Program-made: the position numbers and the translations under genes
Origin: a virus
Taxonomy: Duplodnaviria; Caudoviricetes
Length of the DNA stretch: 64,000 nt
Direction: 5' to 3' (one strand)
IMG/VR virus record: IMGVR_UViG_2924810865_000002
Coordinates: 1,799-65,798 of that record
Notes under the pieces: model-generated
Told to the model about the DNA's origin: nothing
What the model saw: the letters and a program-made list of their open reading frames with translations, nothing else
The model's database searches: none
Shown: positions 19,364-29,087 of the stretch, piece by piece
Numbering within the stretch: the stretch's first letter is position 1
How the letters are laid out: each line of letters begins with the position of its first letter

Positions 19364-19717
19364 TTACAATGCCAAGCTAATTAAATTCGTTGCGACTGTT
19401 TTGATAACGTCAAATGACAAATCAAGGCTTTTACTTTGCACAGTTGTTTTCACTTTTTGCCATAAAGTATCGTTACGGATTTTATCGAGAAATTCGTGCC
19501 CTTGCCAGGTCAGCCCCGTGACATAAAAATCAAACTGCCCAATTGAAGAGCTATCCATTCCTTCGATTAAGCCTGCTTGATGCAGTAATTTAAAATGGTA
19601 AGCGACAGTTGCACGATCAACGCCTTGAATCTGATCGGACATCAAAAAATCTTCAGGAACAGCCTTTTCTTCCAGTTTAAGCAGAATGCGACGGATTAAA
19701 TCCCAGTTGCGTTTCAT
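19364..19717 (-). CDS. DUF2513-family protein
   Basis: MKRNWDLIRRILLKLE...LTWQGHEFLDKIRNDTLW. Confidence 0.88.
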   Translation of the reverse strand: MKRNWDLIRRILLKLEEKAVPEDFLMSDQIQGVDRATVAYHFKLLHQAGLIEGMDSSSIGQFDFYVTGLTWQGHEFLDKIRNDTLWQKVKTTVQSKSLDLSFDVIKTVATNLISLAL

Positions 19718-19725
19718 TTGATTGC

Positions 19726-20004
19726 CTAACTACGCTTAATAGCTTCAATCGCTTCTTCCACCGTTAAATTGTAATTATCAGTTACTCTGCGATAAAAATG
19801 GATAGCGTTCGGATTTTTTCGAAGTGCTTTTATTTTTTCAGCTTTTTCTTCTTCCGTTGGTTTGTGATTTTTGAGTTCTTCTTGAAACTCATCACATTCT
19901 TTAAGTACTTTTTTTGTATGCAACACCCATTCCTCAAAAGGCATTCCATCTTCTTCGGCTAATTTTTTTTGCTCCTCTAAAGGTAAATCAAGCACTGATG
20001 TCAT
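19726..20004 (-). CDS. Small acidic protein, possible orphan immunity protein
   Basis: 92 aa, Glu/Lys rich, own GGAGG RBS, downstream of the toxin-immunity pair. Confidence 0.6.
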   Translation of the reverse strand: MTSVLDLPLEEQKKLAEEDGMPFEEWVLHTKKVLKECDEFQEELKNHKPTEEEKAEKIKALRKNPNAIHFYRRVTDNYNLTVEEAIEAIKRS

Positions 20005-20017
20005 TTTTCCTCCAGTG

Positions 20018-20413
20018 TTATTTTTTAGGGTTTAAATTATTTATTTCCTTATCTGTTAAACCAATATTCTGCCAAATAGCCCGATAATCATCATTCACAG
20101 CTAATTTAACCGCTTCTTTCAATTCATCAATATTTCTAGGGTAGAAGTCAGGGTATTCATCGTCATCAGATAATGGAAAATCTTCACAACAACGCCATAT
20201 TGCCCAATGAGTTAAACCACTTAATCCATTTAATATTGCTAATTTATTCCAAGTCCAAGCAACTAATAGAACAAAGTAATCTACACTTATTTTTCCTTCT
20301 GAAAAATCAAGGCAATGCTTTTTAAAATCTAATTTCGATTGCGTTGCTTTTAAATGGGATAAAGTGTCACTTGCTTTATCCCATTCTTGTCTAGCAAATT
20401 CTTCATTCATCAT
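20018..20413 (-). CDS. Candidate colicin D immunity (ImmD)-like protein
   Basis: Start overlaps the toxin stop; CLDFSEGKISVDYF...EDFPLSDDDEY...IDELKEAV resembles recalled ImmD FLASKITAIEF...[23 protein letters not shown]. Confidence 0.65.
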   Translation of the reverse strand: MMNEEFARQEWDKASDTLSHLKATQSKLDFKKHCLDFSEGKISVDYFVLLVAWTWNKLAILNGLSGLTHWAIWRCCEDFPLSDDDEYPDFYPRNIDELKEAVKLAVNDDYRAIWQNIGLTDKEINNLNPKK

Positions 20414-21819
20414 TGTAAATACCCATTTTCTAAATAGTTAGATAATTGGAATCTATTTTCATCAGGATCATCTTTTGGAATAAATGCTGTAATAAATTGA
20501 TTGTCATTACCTATAACCACAGCCATTCCAGTTCGTTTATTATAAAACACTCTAGATCCATCTTCCCTATATTTGCCAAACTCAACTGTTTCAGCATCAT
20601 TTAAATGCTCAATAATTGAGATTTGATATTGTTTCAACATTTTAGGATTTTTCTTACTATTGTCAAAACCAAAATCCTCAATATGCTTAAATTTTCTATC
20701 TAATTGTTTTTTAGTAAATTTAGTTCCTTTCAATGCTAATGTATCCACGTCTAAGCGAATATAATTTGGATCTGTTTTTTCTCTTAGTTGCTCAACAGTT
20801 AAAGGTCGTCCTGATTGATCTAGCATATCCGAAAAAGTGATTTTGCCACCTCTCCACATATTTACTTTATCTTTACCTAAAACCTCTTGCTGTTCGTCAA
20901 AAGTTTTCTCTCTCAACCACGATTCATAATTGATTCGCTCATCGACCTGCCCATTCATTGAAGCACGGGTGCTGGTGGGCATTTCTTGCATTCCTTGCAC
21001 GCCTAATTCTTCCCAGCTTTTGGTCACAAGCTGAAGAATGCTACGACAACGTGGGTGCAACGGTGGGCGTTTGTAGGGAATCTTATGCCCGATTGGCTTT
21101 TTGTCTAAATCCCATCGCTTGCCATCACGCACTTGGCAAACGGTAGAAGTTCGCATATCAAGGGTGGAAAGATGCTCTTCGCCTTGCAGAATATCAAGAT
21201 TGGCATCACGCAAAGCTTCGTGAGCCGTATCAGCCACTTTTGCCACAGCAGTAATGACTAAAGTATCTGCTGTGCGACGGCTAACGCTCATTAACTCACG
21301 CACTTCGGTAGCAAGTTGTCCGTTTTGTTTGCCTTCTGCTACACCAGAGCGGATAATCCCCTCAAATTTAAAGGCTAAATCGGCACGCTGTTTATTCCAC
21401 CACGCTTCTAACGGTTGCCCTTCAATCACGGCAACGTTTTTAATCGCTTTAATCCGTTCTTTTGGTACATCATTAAACAAATCAAAGCCGATTTCATCAT
21501 TATAAAGCTGGCTGATTTTGGCTGCTTCAAGCAATAAAAAACCGCTTAACTCATATTGAGTGTAAGCGGTCGTTTCTTGATACGTTTTTGCAATTTCCGT
21601 TTGCAGTTCGGTGAGCAGTTTATCCAGTTTTTTAGCGGGCAAGGCTTCGACACCGATAGCACTGATGCGGTTAATCAGCAATTTTTGCAGTGCATTTAAC
21701 CGCTTGTACACCTGCTGGCGTAAATGGGCATCATAGCGAAAATGCAAGATTTTACGGTCAGTTAAAGCGTGGGCAATGCGTTGTCTAAGTGTTTGTTTCT
21801 GATGTTTCTTCGAGGTCAA
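20410..21819 (-). CDS. MuF/SPP1 gp7 minor head protein with C-terminal colicin-D-like tRNase domain
   Basis: TLDMRTSTVCQVRDG...PPLHPRCRS MuF motif, then KFTKKQLDRKFKHIEDFG...IIEHLNDAETVEFGKYR...GSRVFYNKRTGMAVVI matching the colicin D catalytic domain. Confidence 0.88.
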   Translation of the reverse strand: MTSKKHQKQTLRQRIAHALTDRKILHFRYDAHLRQQVYKRLNALQKLLINRISAIGVEALPAKKLDKLLTELQTEIAKTYQETTAYTQYELSGFLLLEAAKISQLYNDEIGFDLFNDVPKERIKAIKNVAVIEGQPLEAWWNKQRADLAFKFEGIIRSGVAEGKQNGQLATEVRELMSVSRRTADTLVITAVAKVADTAHEALRDANLDILQGEEHLSTLDMRTSTVCQVRDGKRWDLDKKPIGHKIPYKRPPLHPRCRSILQLVTKSWEELGVQGMQEMPTSTRASMNGQVDERINYESWLREKTFDEQQEVLGKDKVNMWRGGKITFSDMLDQSGRPLTVEQLREKTDPNYIRLDVDTLALKGTKFTKKQLDRKFKHIEDFGFDNSKKNPKMLKQYQISIIEHLNDAETVEFGKYREDGSRVFYNKRTGMAVVIGNDNQFITAFIPKDDPDENRFQLSNYLENGYLQ

Positions 21820-23173
21820 AATGCATTCCCTCCGACTGCAGGCGTTCTTGCTCTGTCTCCCATTCTAAGCCGTCTGCTAATAAGCCACGGCGTTTGGCTT
21901 CGTCAAAGGTGGATTGATTCGAAATCACGCCCGCATTACGCAACTGAATCACGCTTGCCATTGAAGCAGCAGGGTCAAGATCGTTTTCAATGTTGCCTGA
22001 AATCTGCACGTTACCCACTTGCTCTTTGGCAATGCCAAGCCAATGCCCTGTATATTCCAAGGCTAAATCAATCGCATCTTCAAAACGATTAGCAAGCAAT
22101 CGCAATTGGGAAATTTCCTTGCCCGCTTCATCACGGGCTTGGCTGTCAGTCATTGCTAAGGCGGTTTTGGTCAGCAACTTCGCCCCTGCGGTTTTCATTT
22201 GCTCTTCTAAATCTTTCAGGCTTTCCACACCTGAAGCAATAGCTTGTCCAGAGTGTTCGACAAATTGCATTGAGCTACCCGTTGGAAGATGAACCGCACT
22301 GCCACCAATAGCAAGCTGTTTCACTTCATCATTAGAATAAATCGCTAACAATGGCACGCGAGCAATGTTAGTGATGTTGTCCTGATCGGATTGGCTTTGC
22401 CAGTGTTTTACATTCAAATACGCCAATTCCATTAAAGGCGGCTCAATGGCATGGGTAAGTTCGTTACGCTTGGTGATAAACGGCACAACAGGCACAAAAT
22501 CAAGCGGTCGATTTTGTGCCGTCAGTTGCAATTCCGATTCAAAACGAAATTCACCTTCCGCCTCGCTAAATTTCCGCACTTTGCCGATTTCATACACATA
22601 AACGTGCTTCACGGTTTTCACACCAAATTCACCATCCTCAACCTGTTCATTGACAACATAGCGAAATTGAGTAATTGCTTGTTTACCATTGACTCGTGCG
22701 GTTTTAATGCCTAACACTTGATGCGGTTTAATATGCACCCAATAAGGACGGGCATTTAAGGCTTTCTCTTCCGCACGGCTTTTCACCGCTTCAACACGCG
22801 TGAAATCAATCAAAGCAAAAGAGCAACCATATGCCAAGGCGGAATAAAACCAGCGGGAGGCAAACACATCAAGGTTATTGCCGACTAAATCCACATCATC
22901 AAAAAGGGCTTGTACTGTTTCTGTTACATCGGCAACGTCAATCGGGTTGAAGAATACGCGACCTGTCATTTGCGAAAGGGTTTCCGACAAGGCAGGATAA
23001 AGGGTTGAACGCTCAAGGCGTTTGCGGTAACTATCGGGCTCTTCCATTTCCATTTGGAAAAGGTAGGTTTGTGCGGCTTTTCGCATTGTTGCCGTGCCAC
23101 CGAGTAAATCATCAATGATTTTAGTTTTCTTGGTTAACTCCACCATTTCAGCGGTGGGAAGATGAACTGACAT
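21785..23173 (-). CDS. Portal protein (DUF4055 type)
   Basis: 462 aa after terL; LLELAYLNVKHWQSQSDQDNI-like motif. Confidence 0.85.
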   Translation of the reverse strand: MSVHLPTAEMVELTKKTKIIDDLLGGTATMRKAAQTYLFQMEMEEPDSYRKRLERSTLYPALSETLSQMTGRVFFNPIDVADVTETVQALFDDVDLVGNNLDVFASRWFYSALAYGCSFALIDFTRVEAVKSRAEEKALNARPYWVHIKPHQVLGIKTARVNGKQAITQFRYVVNEQVEDGEFGVKTVKHVYVYEIGKVRKFSEAEGEFRFESELQLTAQNRPLDFVPVVPFITKRNELTHAIEPPLMELAYLNVKHWQSQSDQDNITNIARVPLLAIYSNDEVKQLAIGGSAVHLPTGSSMQFVEHSGQAIASGVESLKDLEEQMKTAGAKLLTKTALAMTDSQARDEAGKEISQLRLLANRFEDAIDLALEYTGHWLGIAKEQVGNVQISGNIENDLDPAASMASVIQLRNAGVISNQSTFDEAKRRGLLADGLEWETEQERLQSEGMHFDLEETSETNT

Positions 23174-23182
23174 AGTGAATCC

Positions 23183-24544
23183 TTAATAGAGTTTGAGAGC
23201 GGTTTGTTTGAGCACATCGCGTCTAATTGGGGCAAAGCACATCACGAGTGCATCCGCTTTATTCGGCGAGGGAATGCCACGCTTACGCATATCTTTCTTA
23301 CTTTCTACCCGCACTTTGCCGTTATTATCGTAATCTACGCGAGGGCGAGAGAGTTCTGCTTTTAAATAGTCCAAATCAGGTATATCGCTACTGAGTGAAA
23401 TCATTTCATCAACGGGATAAACATCGCCATATTTGATCGCACGATAGGTCTTATAAAAACGGTCTCGTAATTGCCACCACGCTTGAGCTTTAATATTGGC
23501 GAACATATCACCGTTTTTCTTGCCTTGTGTGTAAAAGGAATCAGGATTAAACACTGCAGCACCTGCATTAAAGCCGATACAGTTGATTTGATTCGTCTCA
23601 ATTTCTCGGTATTTTGCTTTCACACCTGCCCCCACACCGATAGAGTCGAAAACGATCTCATCTGCTTGCCATTCCACTGCTTTTGAATGGGTGCGTAATG
23701 CTGATTTAATCACATCTTCGCCCCGCCACTCCTCTAAACCAAGCACCACAGAACCGTGTGCAAAACAGATAGCATTCGCATCAGCCCCATCATCGGCAAC
23801 GTCAAAGCCCACAATTTTTCGACCGCTTGCAGCGAAATTTAACCGCTTGTGAGCATCCACCGCAGATTCAATCCAAATCGGCTTAATAATTGCCAAATCA
23901 GAATCAGCGACAGGTTCGCCCTCGTAAACGTGACGATAAAGCTCATAATCACGCTCACGCATTTGTTCCAAATCTTCTAACAGCTCTTTAGGAAAATAGG
24001 GGTTATCTTGCCAATTCACTAAGACCGATTTACACCGTTCAGGCGGATGAATCACAAAACGCTGATAGGTATCATCAAGAATATTCTTCGGGTTGAAACT
24101 CACAATAATTTGCGAGCCATCTTCACGAATAGTCGGAATCAACACATCCCAGCTTTCTTTTGAAACATTCTCGCCTTCTTCTACCCAAACCACATCAATA
24201 CCCGTCATTGACTTGATTGAAGTGATGTTGGTTTTCAGCCCCGCAAAGGTAAAACGTGAACCGTTTTGCCCGATAATTTGCGTTTTCTGTACATCAAAAA
24301 AGGCTTGCAAGCCAAGCATTTCAATCTGATCTGCCAACATCTGAATCACAGAATCAGAAATCGATTTCTGAATTTCACGACAACACAACACCCGAATCGG
24401 TTGAGTATAAGCACGTAGCACTAACGCACGAGCAATACTGAAACTTTTCCCAGAACCACGTCCGCCATAGAAAATAATAAAACGCCAAATAGATTCAAAA
24501 AGCGGTCGGAATTTCGTAGGAAATTTAAGGTTCTTCTGGTTCAT
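23183..24544 (-). CDS. terL: Terminase large subunit (PBSX family)
   Basis: YGGRGSGKS Walker A, VWVEEGE Walker B, GFDVAD nuclease motif; likely start MNQKNL at 24544. Confidence 0.93.
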   Translation of the reverse strand: MNQKNLKFPTKFRPLFESIWRFIIFYGGRGSGKSFSIARALVLRAYTQPIRVLCCREIQKSISDSVIQMLADQIEMLGLQAFFDVQKTQIIGQNGSRFTFAGLKTNITSIKSMTGIDVVWVEEGENVSKESWDVLIPTIREDGSQIIVSFNPKNILDDTYQRFVIHPPERCKSVLVNWQDNPYFPKELLEDLEQMRERDYELYRHVYEGEPVADSDLAIIKPIWIESAVDAHKRLNFAASGRKIVGFDVADDGADANAICFAHGSVVLGLEEWRGEDVIKSALRTHSKAVEWQADEIVFDSIGVGAGVKAKYREIETNQINCIGFNAGAAVFNPDSFYTQGKKNGDMFANIKAQAWWQLRDRFYKTYRAIKYGDVYPVDEMISLSSDIPDLDYLKAELSRPRVDYDNNGKVRVESKKDMRKRGIPSPNKADALVMCFAPIRRDVLKQTALKLY

Positions 24545-25043
24545 CGCTAAAACTAATGTTAATGACTGCAGGTAACGCATTACCGCCTGAGGTCACATCG
24601 ACTCTATCTTTAAACATACCAAGATGTTTGCCGAGTAACTCAAGGGCTTTGTTTGCACCTGTCGGTTCAAAAACAAAACATTCGGTATTAACGCTTTGTG
24701 CCGTTCCTTCTTGAGCATTTTTTACCACGGTGGTAATGGTAAGCGGCTTTCTTCCCATACAAATATCACGATACTCTTGCAAGTCCGCAATGATGTTATC
24801 TACGGTAAGATTATGGCGTTGTCTGTGCTCTTGTTGCAGTTCTTCAATACGGTCCGTGATCGGACCGTTCTTTAATAATTCTTTTGCTTTTGTATTGATG
24901 GTGCTCGTTTGCATTTTTGAGCAATCATAACTCTGCCGATACGCTTCACTCGCATTCCCCAGCTCAATATAAAGCTGACAAAATTTTTCTTGTTTAGGCA
25001 TTAATCCACGTCCAGACGTGGATTTTCCTTTCACGTCTGACAT
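24525..25043 (-). CDS. terS: Terminase small subunit
   Basis: [23 protein letters not shown]...[15 protein letters not shown]. Confidence 0.92.
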   Translation of the reverse strand: MSDVKGKSTSGRGLMPKQEKFCQLYIELGNASEAYRQSYDCSKMQTSTINTKAKELLKNGPITDRIEELQQEHRQRHNLTVDNIIADLQEYRDICMGRKPLTITTVVKNAQEGTAQSVNTECFVFEPTGANKALELLGKHLGMFKDRVDVTSGGNALPAVINISFSDEPEEP

Positions 25044-25119
25044 AGAAAATCCTTAAAACAACTTGTAAAAACTTATAAATCTTATAAAATGCTCTTCATA
25101 AACAATTGGTCTTATTACT

Positions 25120-25371
25120 ATGAAAGAACTCATCTACCAACCGAAAGCATTAAAGCAATTAAGAAAAATCCCGAGCAAAGCCCACATTATTGAGAAATGC
25201 GAAATGCTCAAAAATTTTCCTGATTGCACTAACATTAAGGCATTAACAAACCATACTTATGAATATCGTTATCGAGTTGGCGATTACCGAATTTTCTTTA
25301 ATATCGTAGGTAATACAATGAACATTGTTTCTATTGAAGAGGTTAAAAAAAGAGATGAACGCACTTACTAA
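25120..25371 (+). CDS. RelE-family toxin
   Basis: YQPKALKQLRKI...IKALTNHTYEYRYRVGDYRIFF. Confidence 0.88.
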   Translation: MKELIYQPKALKQLRKIPSKAHIIEKCEMLKNFPDCTNIKALTNHTYEYRYRVGDYRIFFNIVGNTMNIVSIEEVKKRDERTY

Positions 25372-25702
25372 TATCCAATATATCAATAATGAGCAGGGCG
25401 TACCTGCTTTTGCTGTACTCCCTATTGCTACCCTTAATTGGCTGAAACAAAAAGCCAACTTTGCCGAACCGCTTGAGACAGGTATTCCAGAAGCGGTTGC
25501 TAAATTGGCTTTATTGAATGATTACTCTGCCCTTCGAGCGTGGCGTGAACACTTAGGTTTAACCCAAGCGGAAGTTGCAAGCCGTTTAGGCATTTCTCAA
25601 GCTGCCTATTCACAGCACGAAAATTCACAGACATTGCGGAAAACAACTCGCATAAAAATGGCAAATGCTCTTGGCATCAATCCAAGTCAATTAGATTTCT
25701 AA
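25325..25702 (+). CDS. HTH antitoxin partner of the RelE toxin
   Basis: LRAWREHLGLTQAEVASRLGISQAAYSQHEN; probable true start MNALTNIQ overlapping the toxin stop. Confidence 0.85.
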   Translation: MFLLKRLKKEMNALTNIQYINNEQGVPAFAVLPIATLNWLKQKANFAEPLETGIPEAVAKLALLNDYSALRAWREHLGLTQAEVASRLGISQAAYSQHENSQTLRKTTRIKMANALGINPSQLDF

Positions 25703-25840
25703 ACAAAAGCCCTTATTGGGCTTTTTTTCGGTCGAGCTTAAACTCACGAGAACGCCAAGAAATCGGGTATGTACACTCTCCGACTCTCTCCTACGATAGT
25801 GTCTAGCACTAGCCCCGTCTTCAATTTTTCTTATTTTTTT

Positions 25841-26056
25841 CTACATATTACGAATATTATCCACCTGGGTCGCACACAAATCCCGCTCGCTCATTACTAC
25901 AACTAGGTAATCTATTGCATCTCCGTAAGTCTCGCCTGTAAACATTGTTTGCGGACAAGGCGTGAGATAAGCTTGCGGTGGTGTGAGGTAAACGGTCTTA
26001 ATGCGTGGACTGCTTCAGCTGCTCAATAGCAGTACGAGGCATAGGCACACGAGCAC
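25841..26056 (-). pseudogene. o-spanin (Rz1-like) with a nonsense codon at the lipobox cysteine
   Basis: VLVCLCLVLLLSS*SSPRIKTVYLTPPQAYLTPCPQ...; TGA at 26015-26017 where TGC is expected. Confidence 0.75.
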
Positions 26057-26330
26057 ACGGCTCTTTAACCAAAATCGTTTTAATGCTTTCACGTTTTACC
26101 TCTGCTTGTTTGCGTAACTCAATTGTAATCGCTTGCTGATGTCTGACCGCTTCAATCTCTTGCTCAAGCTGAATGGTGAGATTGGCATTCGCTTGTTCTT
26201 GCTCAACAATCGTTTGGGCTTGTGTGAGGTTTTCGGCTCTTAAGTGTAATACCGTCTGATGCTGACCCCATAACCAAACACACAATCCCAAAATTACTGC
26301 GGTTAATGCGACGCTAAATCGACTAAACAT
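25998..26330 (-). CDS. i-spanin (Rz-like)
   Basis: N-terminal TM, coiled coil, terminal EPCARVPMP; follows the endolysin. Confidence 0.8.
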   Translation of the reverse strand: MFSRFSVALTAVILGLCVWLWGQHQTVLHLRAENLTQAQTIVEQEQANANLTIQLEQEIEAVRHQQAITIELRKQAEVKRESIKTILVKEPCARVPMPRTAIEQLKQSTH

Positions 26331-26860
26331 AATGCTTTCTCTTTCTCACGTCGTGCAGCTAAACCAGGTAGCTTACGCCCGCCAGCATAGACCCAACGAG
26401 GAAATTCATTACACGCTTGCTTGTAATTGCCTGTTTGTAAATGCTTAAACATCGTGGACCTACTTACTGCACCGCAACCTACATTAAAGGTAATCGACAC
26501 TGCAGCATCAAATACCGATTGTGGCAGCTGTTTACCATTACCATATTTATTTACACATTGCTCGGCAATCACAATATCGTTCTTCCAACGTTCGGCAATT
26601 TCCAAATCAGAATATCTGTGTTTTGGATCGATTTTTTCACCGCTTGCTGCTGTTGAACCAATCCCCACCGTAAGTACATCCGCTGGGCATTGATACGGGT
26701 CTCGTCTACACCCTTCCGCATCACCAATAATTTCCAAACCTTGCTTAGAGGTGCGAATTTCACCACCAAAATTGGCAAACAATAACGTAATAATCGCCCC
26801 CACAGAACAGACACCCGTGCCGAATCCTAAAGCGGTTCTTGTTTTAGATAACTTCATCAT
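26303..26860 (-). CDS. SAR-type endolysin (T4 lysozyme family)
   Basis: Gly/Ala-rich N-terminal anchor then E-8aa-C-5aa-T triad (EGCRRDPYQCPADVLT); WVYAGGRKLPGLAARR. Confidence 0.92.
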   Translation of the reverse strand: MMKLSKTRTALGFGTGVCSVGAIITLLFANFGGEIRTSKQGLEIIGDAEGCRRDPYQCPADVLTVGIGSTAASGEKIDPKHRYSDLEIAERWKNDIVIAEQCVNKYGNGKQLPQSVFDAAVSITFNVGCGAVSRSTMFKHLQTGNYKQACNEFPRWVYAGGRKLPGLAARREKEKALCLVDLASH

Positions 26861-27098
26861 CTAATCCCTTCTTCAATCTAGCCATTCTAACTTGATGCAA
26901 TTCTTCTTTTCGCTCATTTTCACGCTTGAGCATTCGTCCTTCTATGCACTTAGAATACGCATTCACTACCGCTGTGATAATACCAATTGTGATACTGAGC
27001 AACATCAGGTTATTCTGATCGCCCAACCACGCAAGCAGTCCAGAAAAAACCGACCAAAGATAACTTTGATTTCCTGGGTCTTTAAACATTGATTTCAT
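26844..27098 (-). CDS. Holin
   Basis: Hydrophobic core, basic C-terminus, possible dual start M-K-S-M, first gene of the lysis cassette. Confidence 0.8.
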   Translation of the reverse strand: MKSMFKDPGNQSYLWSVFSGLLAWLGDQNNLMLLSITIGIITAVVNAYSKCIEGRMLKRENERKEELHQVRMARLKKGLDDEVI

Positions 27099-27120
27099 AC
27101 TCCACCCCGTTTCGAGGCAT

Positions 27121-27153
27121 AAAAAAGCCCCGACTGGAAAACCAATCAGGGCT
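27121..27153 (-). terminator. tR'-like terminator between Q and holin
   Basis: AGCCCTGATTGG...CCAGTCGGGGCTTTTTT on the minus strand. Confidence 0.75.
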
Positions 27154-27239
27154 GTAAAATTCTTCTGCGGAATTAGCTATGCTTGTAACCGCAACTTACC
27201 ATAAGTGATATAGTTTTACCGTGCGGTAATCAAGACTTT

Positions 27240-27605
27240 TTACACAAAAATTTTGATTTCTGCACCAATCAACGCACCTTCAACAAAATATTCAGCCAAA
27301 GCTAATTGCCCATCATAAGTACGACTAGACATTCCTGTTCGTTTCACTGCCTGCTGATAGTCCAACCCACAAACATAACGACTGAAAAGAATGTCAAAAT
27401 GCTGTTCATTTTTCTCTTTCAGTTTCCGCACCTGCTTATCTACCTTCTCCAACGTCTCATCATCTAACCGCATCAAATATCTACGCTGAGTTCGCATCTC
27501 AGGACTCTCACGCATAAACGACTGCATTGTCGGATACCCCCTGCAATCCGTAAATCGAACATAGCCACCCCACAACATCAATACACGCTTTACATCAATC
27601 TGCAT
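27240..27605 (-). CDS. Late antiterminator Q
   Basis: VLMLWGGY...LDDETLEKVD...RYVCG...AEYFVEGAL, immediately upstream of the late leader. Confidence 0.8.
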   Translation of the reverse strand: MQIDVKRVLMLWGGYVRFTDCRGYPTMQSFMRESPEMRTQRRYLMRLDDETLEKVDKQVRKLKEKNEQHFDILFSRYVCGLDYQQAVKRTGMSSRTYDGQLALAEYFVEGALIGAEIKIFV

Positions 27606-28067
27606 CTATACTTCCTCAATCGTTACCACAACACCCGCATTTTCCTTACTCACGCCCACCGCTTTCATCGCGATGCTTAGTACTTTCTGCCAGCAGTCAT
27701 CTTCAATAATCTTCGCCTTCGACAAACTGTCTAACAGCACTTTCCACAAATTATCGAGATCTCTTGCCCGATTATCGGGCATCGTAACGTCTACAGAAAT
27801 TCCGACCGCTTGCGTACGGAATACGCCTTCTGCGTGAAACAGCCGCAACTGCTCACGGTCATATTTCGTTTTAGTTCGCCCATCTACTGCATCGTGGCAA
27901 GCAGAACACGCCCACGCCCCGAAAATATCATCAGGCTTCATACCCATACCGTTTAATCCGCCCATACGATAATGAGCCAGTACTACCGTTTCAGGATTAC
28001 CATTACACACTCCCACGATACGGACTTGGCATTCACGCCCTTTAGCTTCTTTTCTTAAATTTGTCAC
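27606..28067 (-). pseudogene. In-frame chimera of DUF1364 and the C-terminal half of RusA resolvase
   Basis: ECQVRIVGVC...AWACSACHDAVDGR...EGVFRTQA joined to VGISVDVTMPDNRARDLDNLWKVLLDSL...IIEDD; GTG start with GGAGG. Confidence 0.75.
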
Positions 28068-28142
28068 TTTTACCTCCTGCATAGTTGCATTGTGCAATCG
28101 TTTAATATAAGATGTTGTTATCCATAACCACAATGAAAAACT

Positions 28143-28448
28143 ATGATTAACCTAACCGCCTCGCACTTTCGTGATGATTATCTCTACCGCTTTTACCAAT
28201 TTGGCGAAAGCCACAGTAAAATTCCTGCGAACCTAACCAATGTGCTTGCTCGCAAATTGGATATGATCAACGCAGCCGAAAACATCAACGATTTACGAAT
28301 GCCACCAGCTAACCACCTTGAACTACTCGAACCGAAAGAGAATAAAATCTATTCCATTCGAGTGAATAAACAGTACCGCCTGATTTTCAAATTTGAAAAC
28401 GGCACACTGTCCGATTTATTTTTAGATCCTCATACATACGCACTATAA
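28143..28448 (+). CDS. higB: HigB toxin
   Basis: LARKLDMINAA...DLRMPPANHLELL...YSIRVNKQYRLIFKF; promoter TTGCAT-17-TAAGAT at 28085-28113. Confidence 0.9.
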   Translation: MINLTASHFRDDYLYRFYQFGESHSKIPANLTNVLARKLDMINAAENINDLRMPPANHLELLEPKENKIYSIRVNKQYRLIFKFENGTLSDLFLDPHTYAL

Positions 28449-28457
28449 GGACGAACA

Positions 28458-28787
28458 ATGAACATTACAGAACGCAAACCAACCAGTGTAGGCGAAATCC
28501 TACTAGAAGAATTTTTAGAACCACTTAACTTAAAAGTAGGCGATTTAGCTCAAATTTTGGATGTACACCGTAACACCGCCAGCAGCCTAATCAATAATAA
28601 CACTCGCATTAGCTTAGAAATGGCGGTTAAACTCTCAAAAGCATTCAGTACCAGCCCTGAATTTTGGCTGAACCTACAAACTGCTGTGGATTTATGGGAA
28701 CTCAACCACAACAAACGCTTTCAGCAAACATTAGCGAACGTGCGAGTAGCGAATCAATGGCAAGCAATGCCAGTTTTTGCAATGTAA
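28458..28787 (+). CDS. higA: HigA antitoxin
   Basis: PTSVGEILLEEFLEPL...ISLEMAVKLSKAFSTSPEFWLNLQ. Confidence 0.9.
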   Translation: MNITERKPTSVGEILLEEFLEPLNLKVGDLAQILDVHRNTASSLINNNTRISLEMAVKLSKAFSTSPEFWLNLQTAVDLWELNHNKRFQQTLANVRVANQWQAMPVFAM

Positions 28788-28799
28788 ATCCCCCTACGC

Positions 28800-29087
28800 T
28801 TGACAAGCTCCTCATTCAAGCGTAGGATGTTTCTTACAGGGTCTCAAAAGCTCTTATAACGAACGGTAATTCACCCCGTCAGCGTGATTTTTTTGTGCCT
28901 GCAATTTAGTGGACTAAGCCTTACTATTACTTAGCTCATTACAGGCGGTCAAAAAGTACAAATTATTTTCAATGGTCGAGAGTGCGAGGAATACAACACC
29001 GCAAGGGAATAACTCCGCTCGATTCGTTACGAGTTTTGAGCTCTCGACCGCCCAATTATTGGGACTTCCCTCAAAAGGAATAACGAC
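28800..29087 (+). promoter_or_regulatory. Antirepressor promoter and structured ash/c4-like leader
   Basis: TTGACA-17-TAGGAT; complementary blocks 28840-28863 and 29023-29049. Confidence 0.65.
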
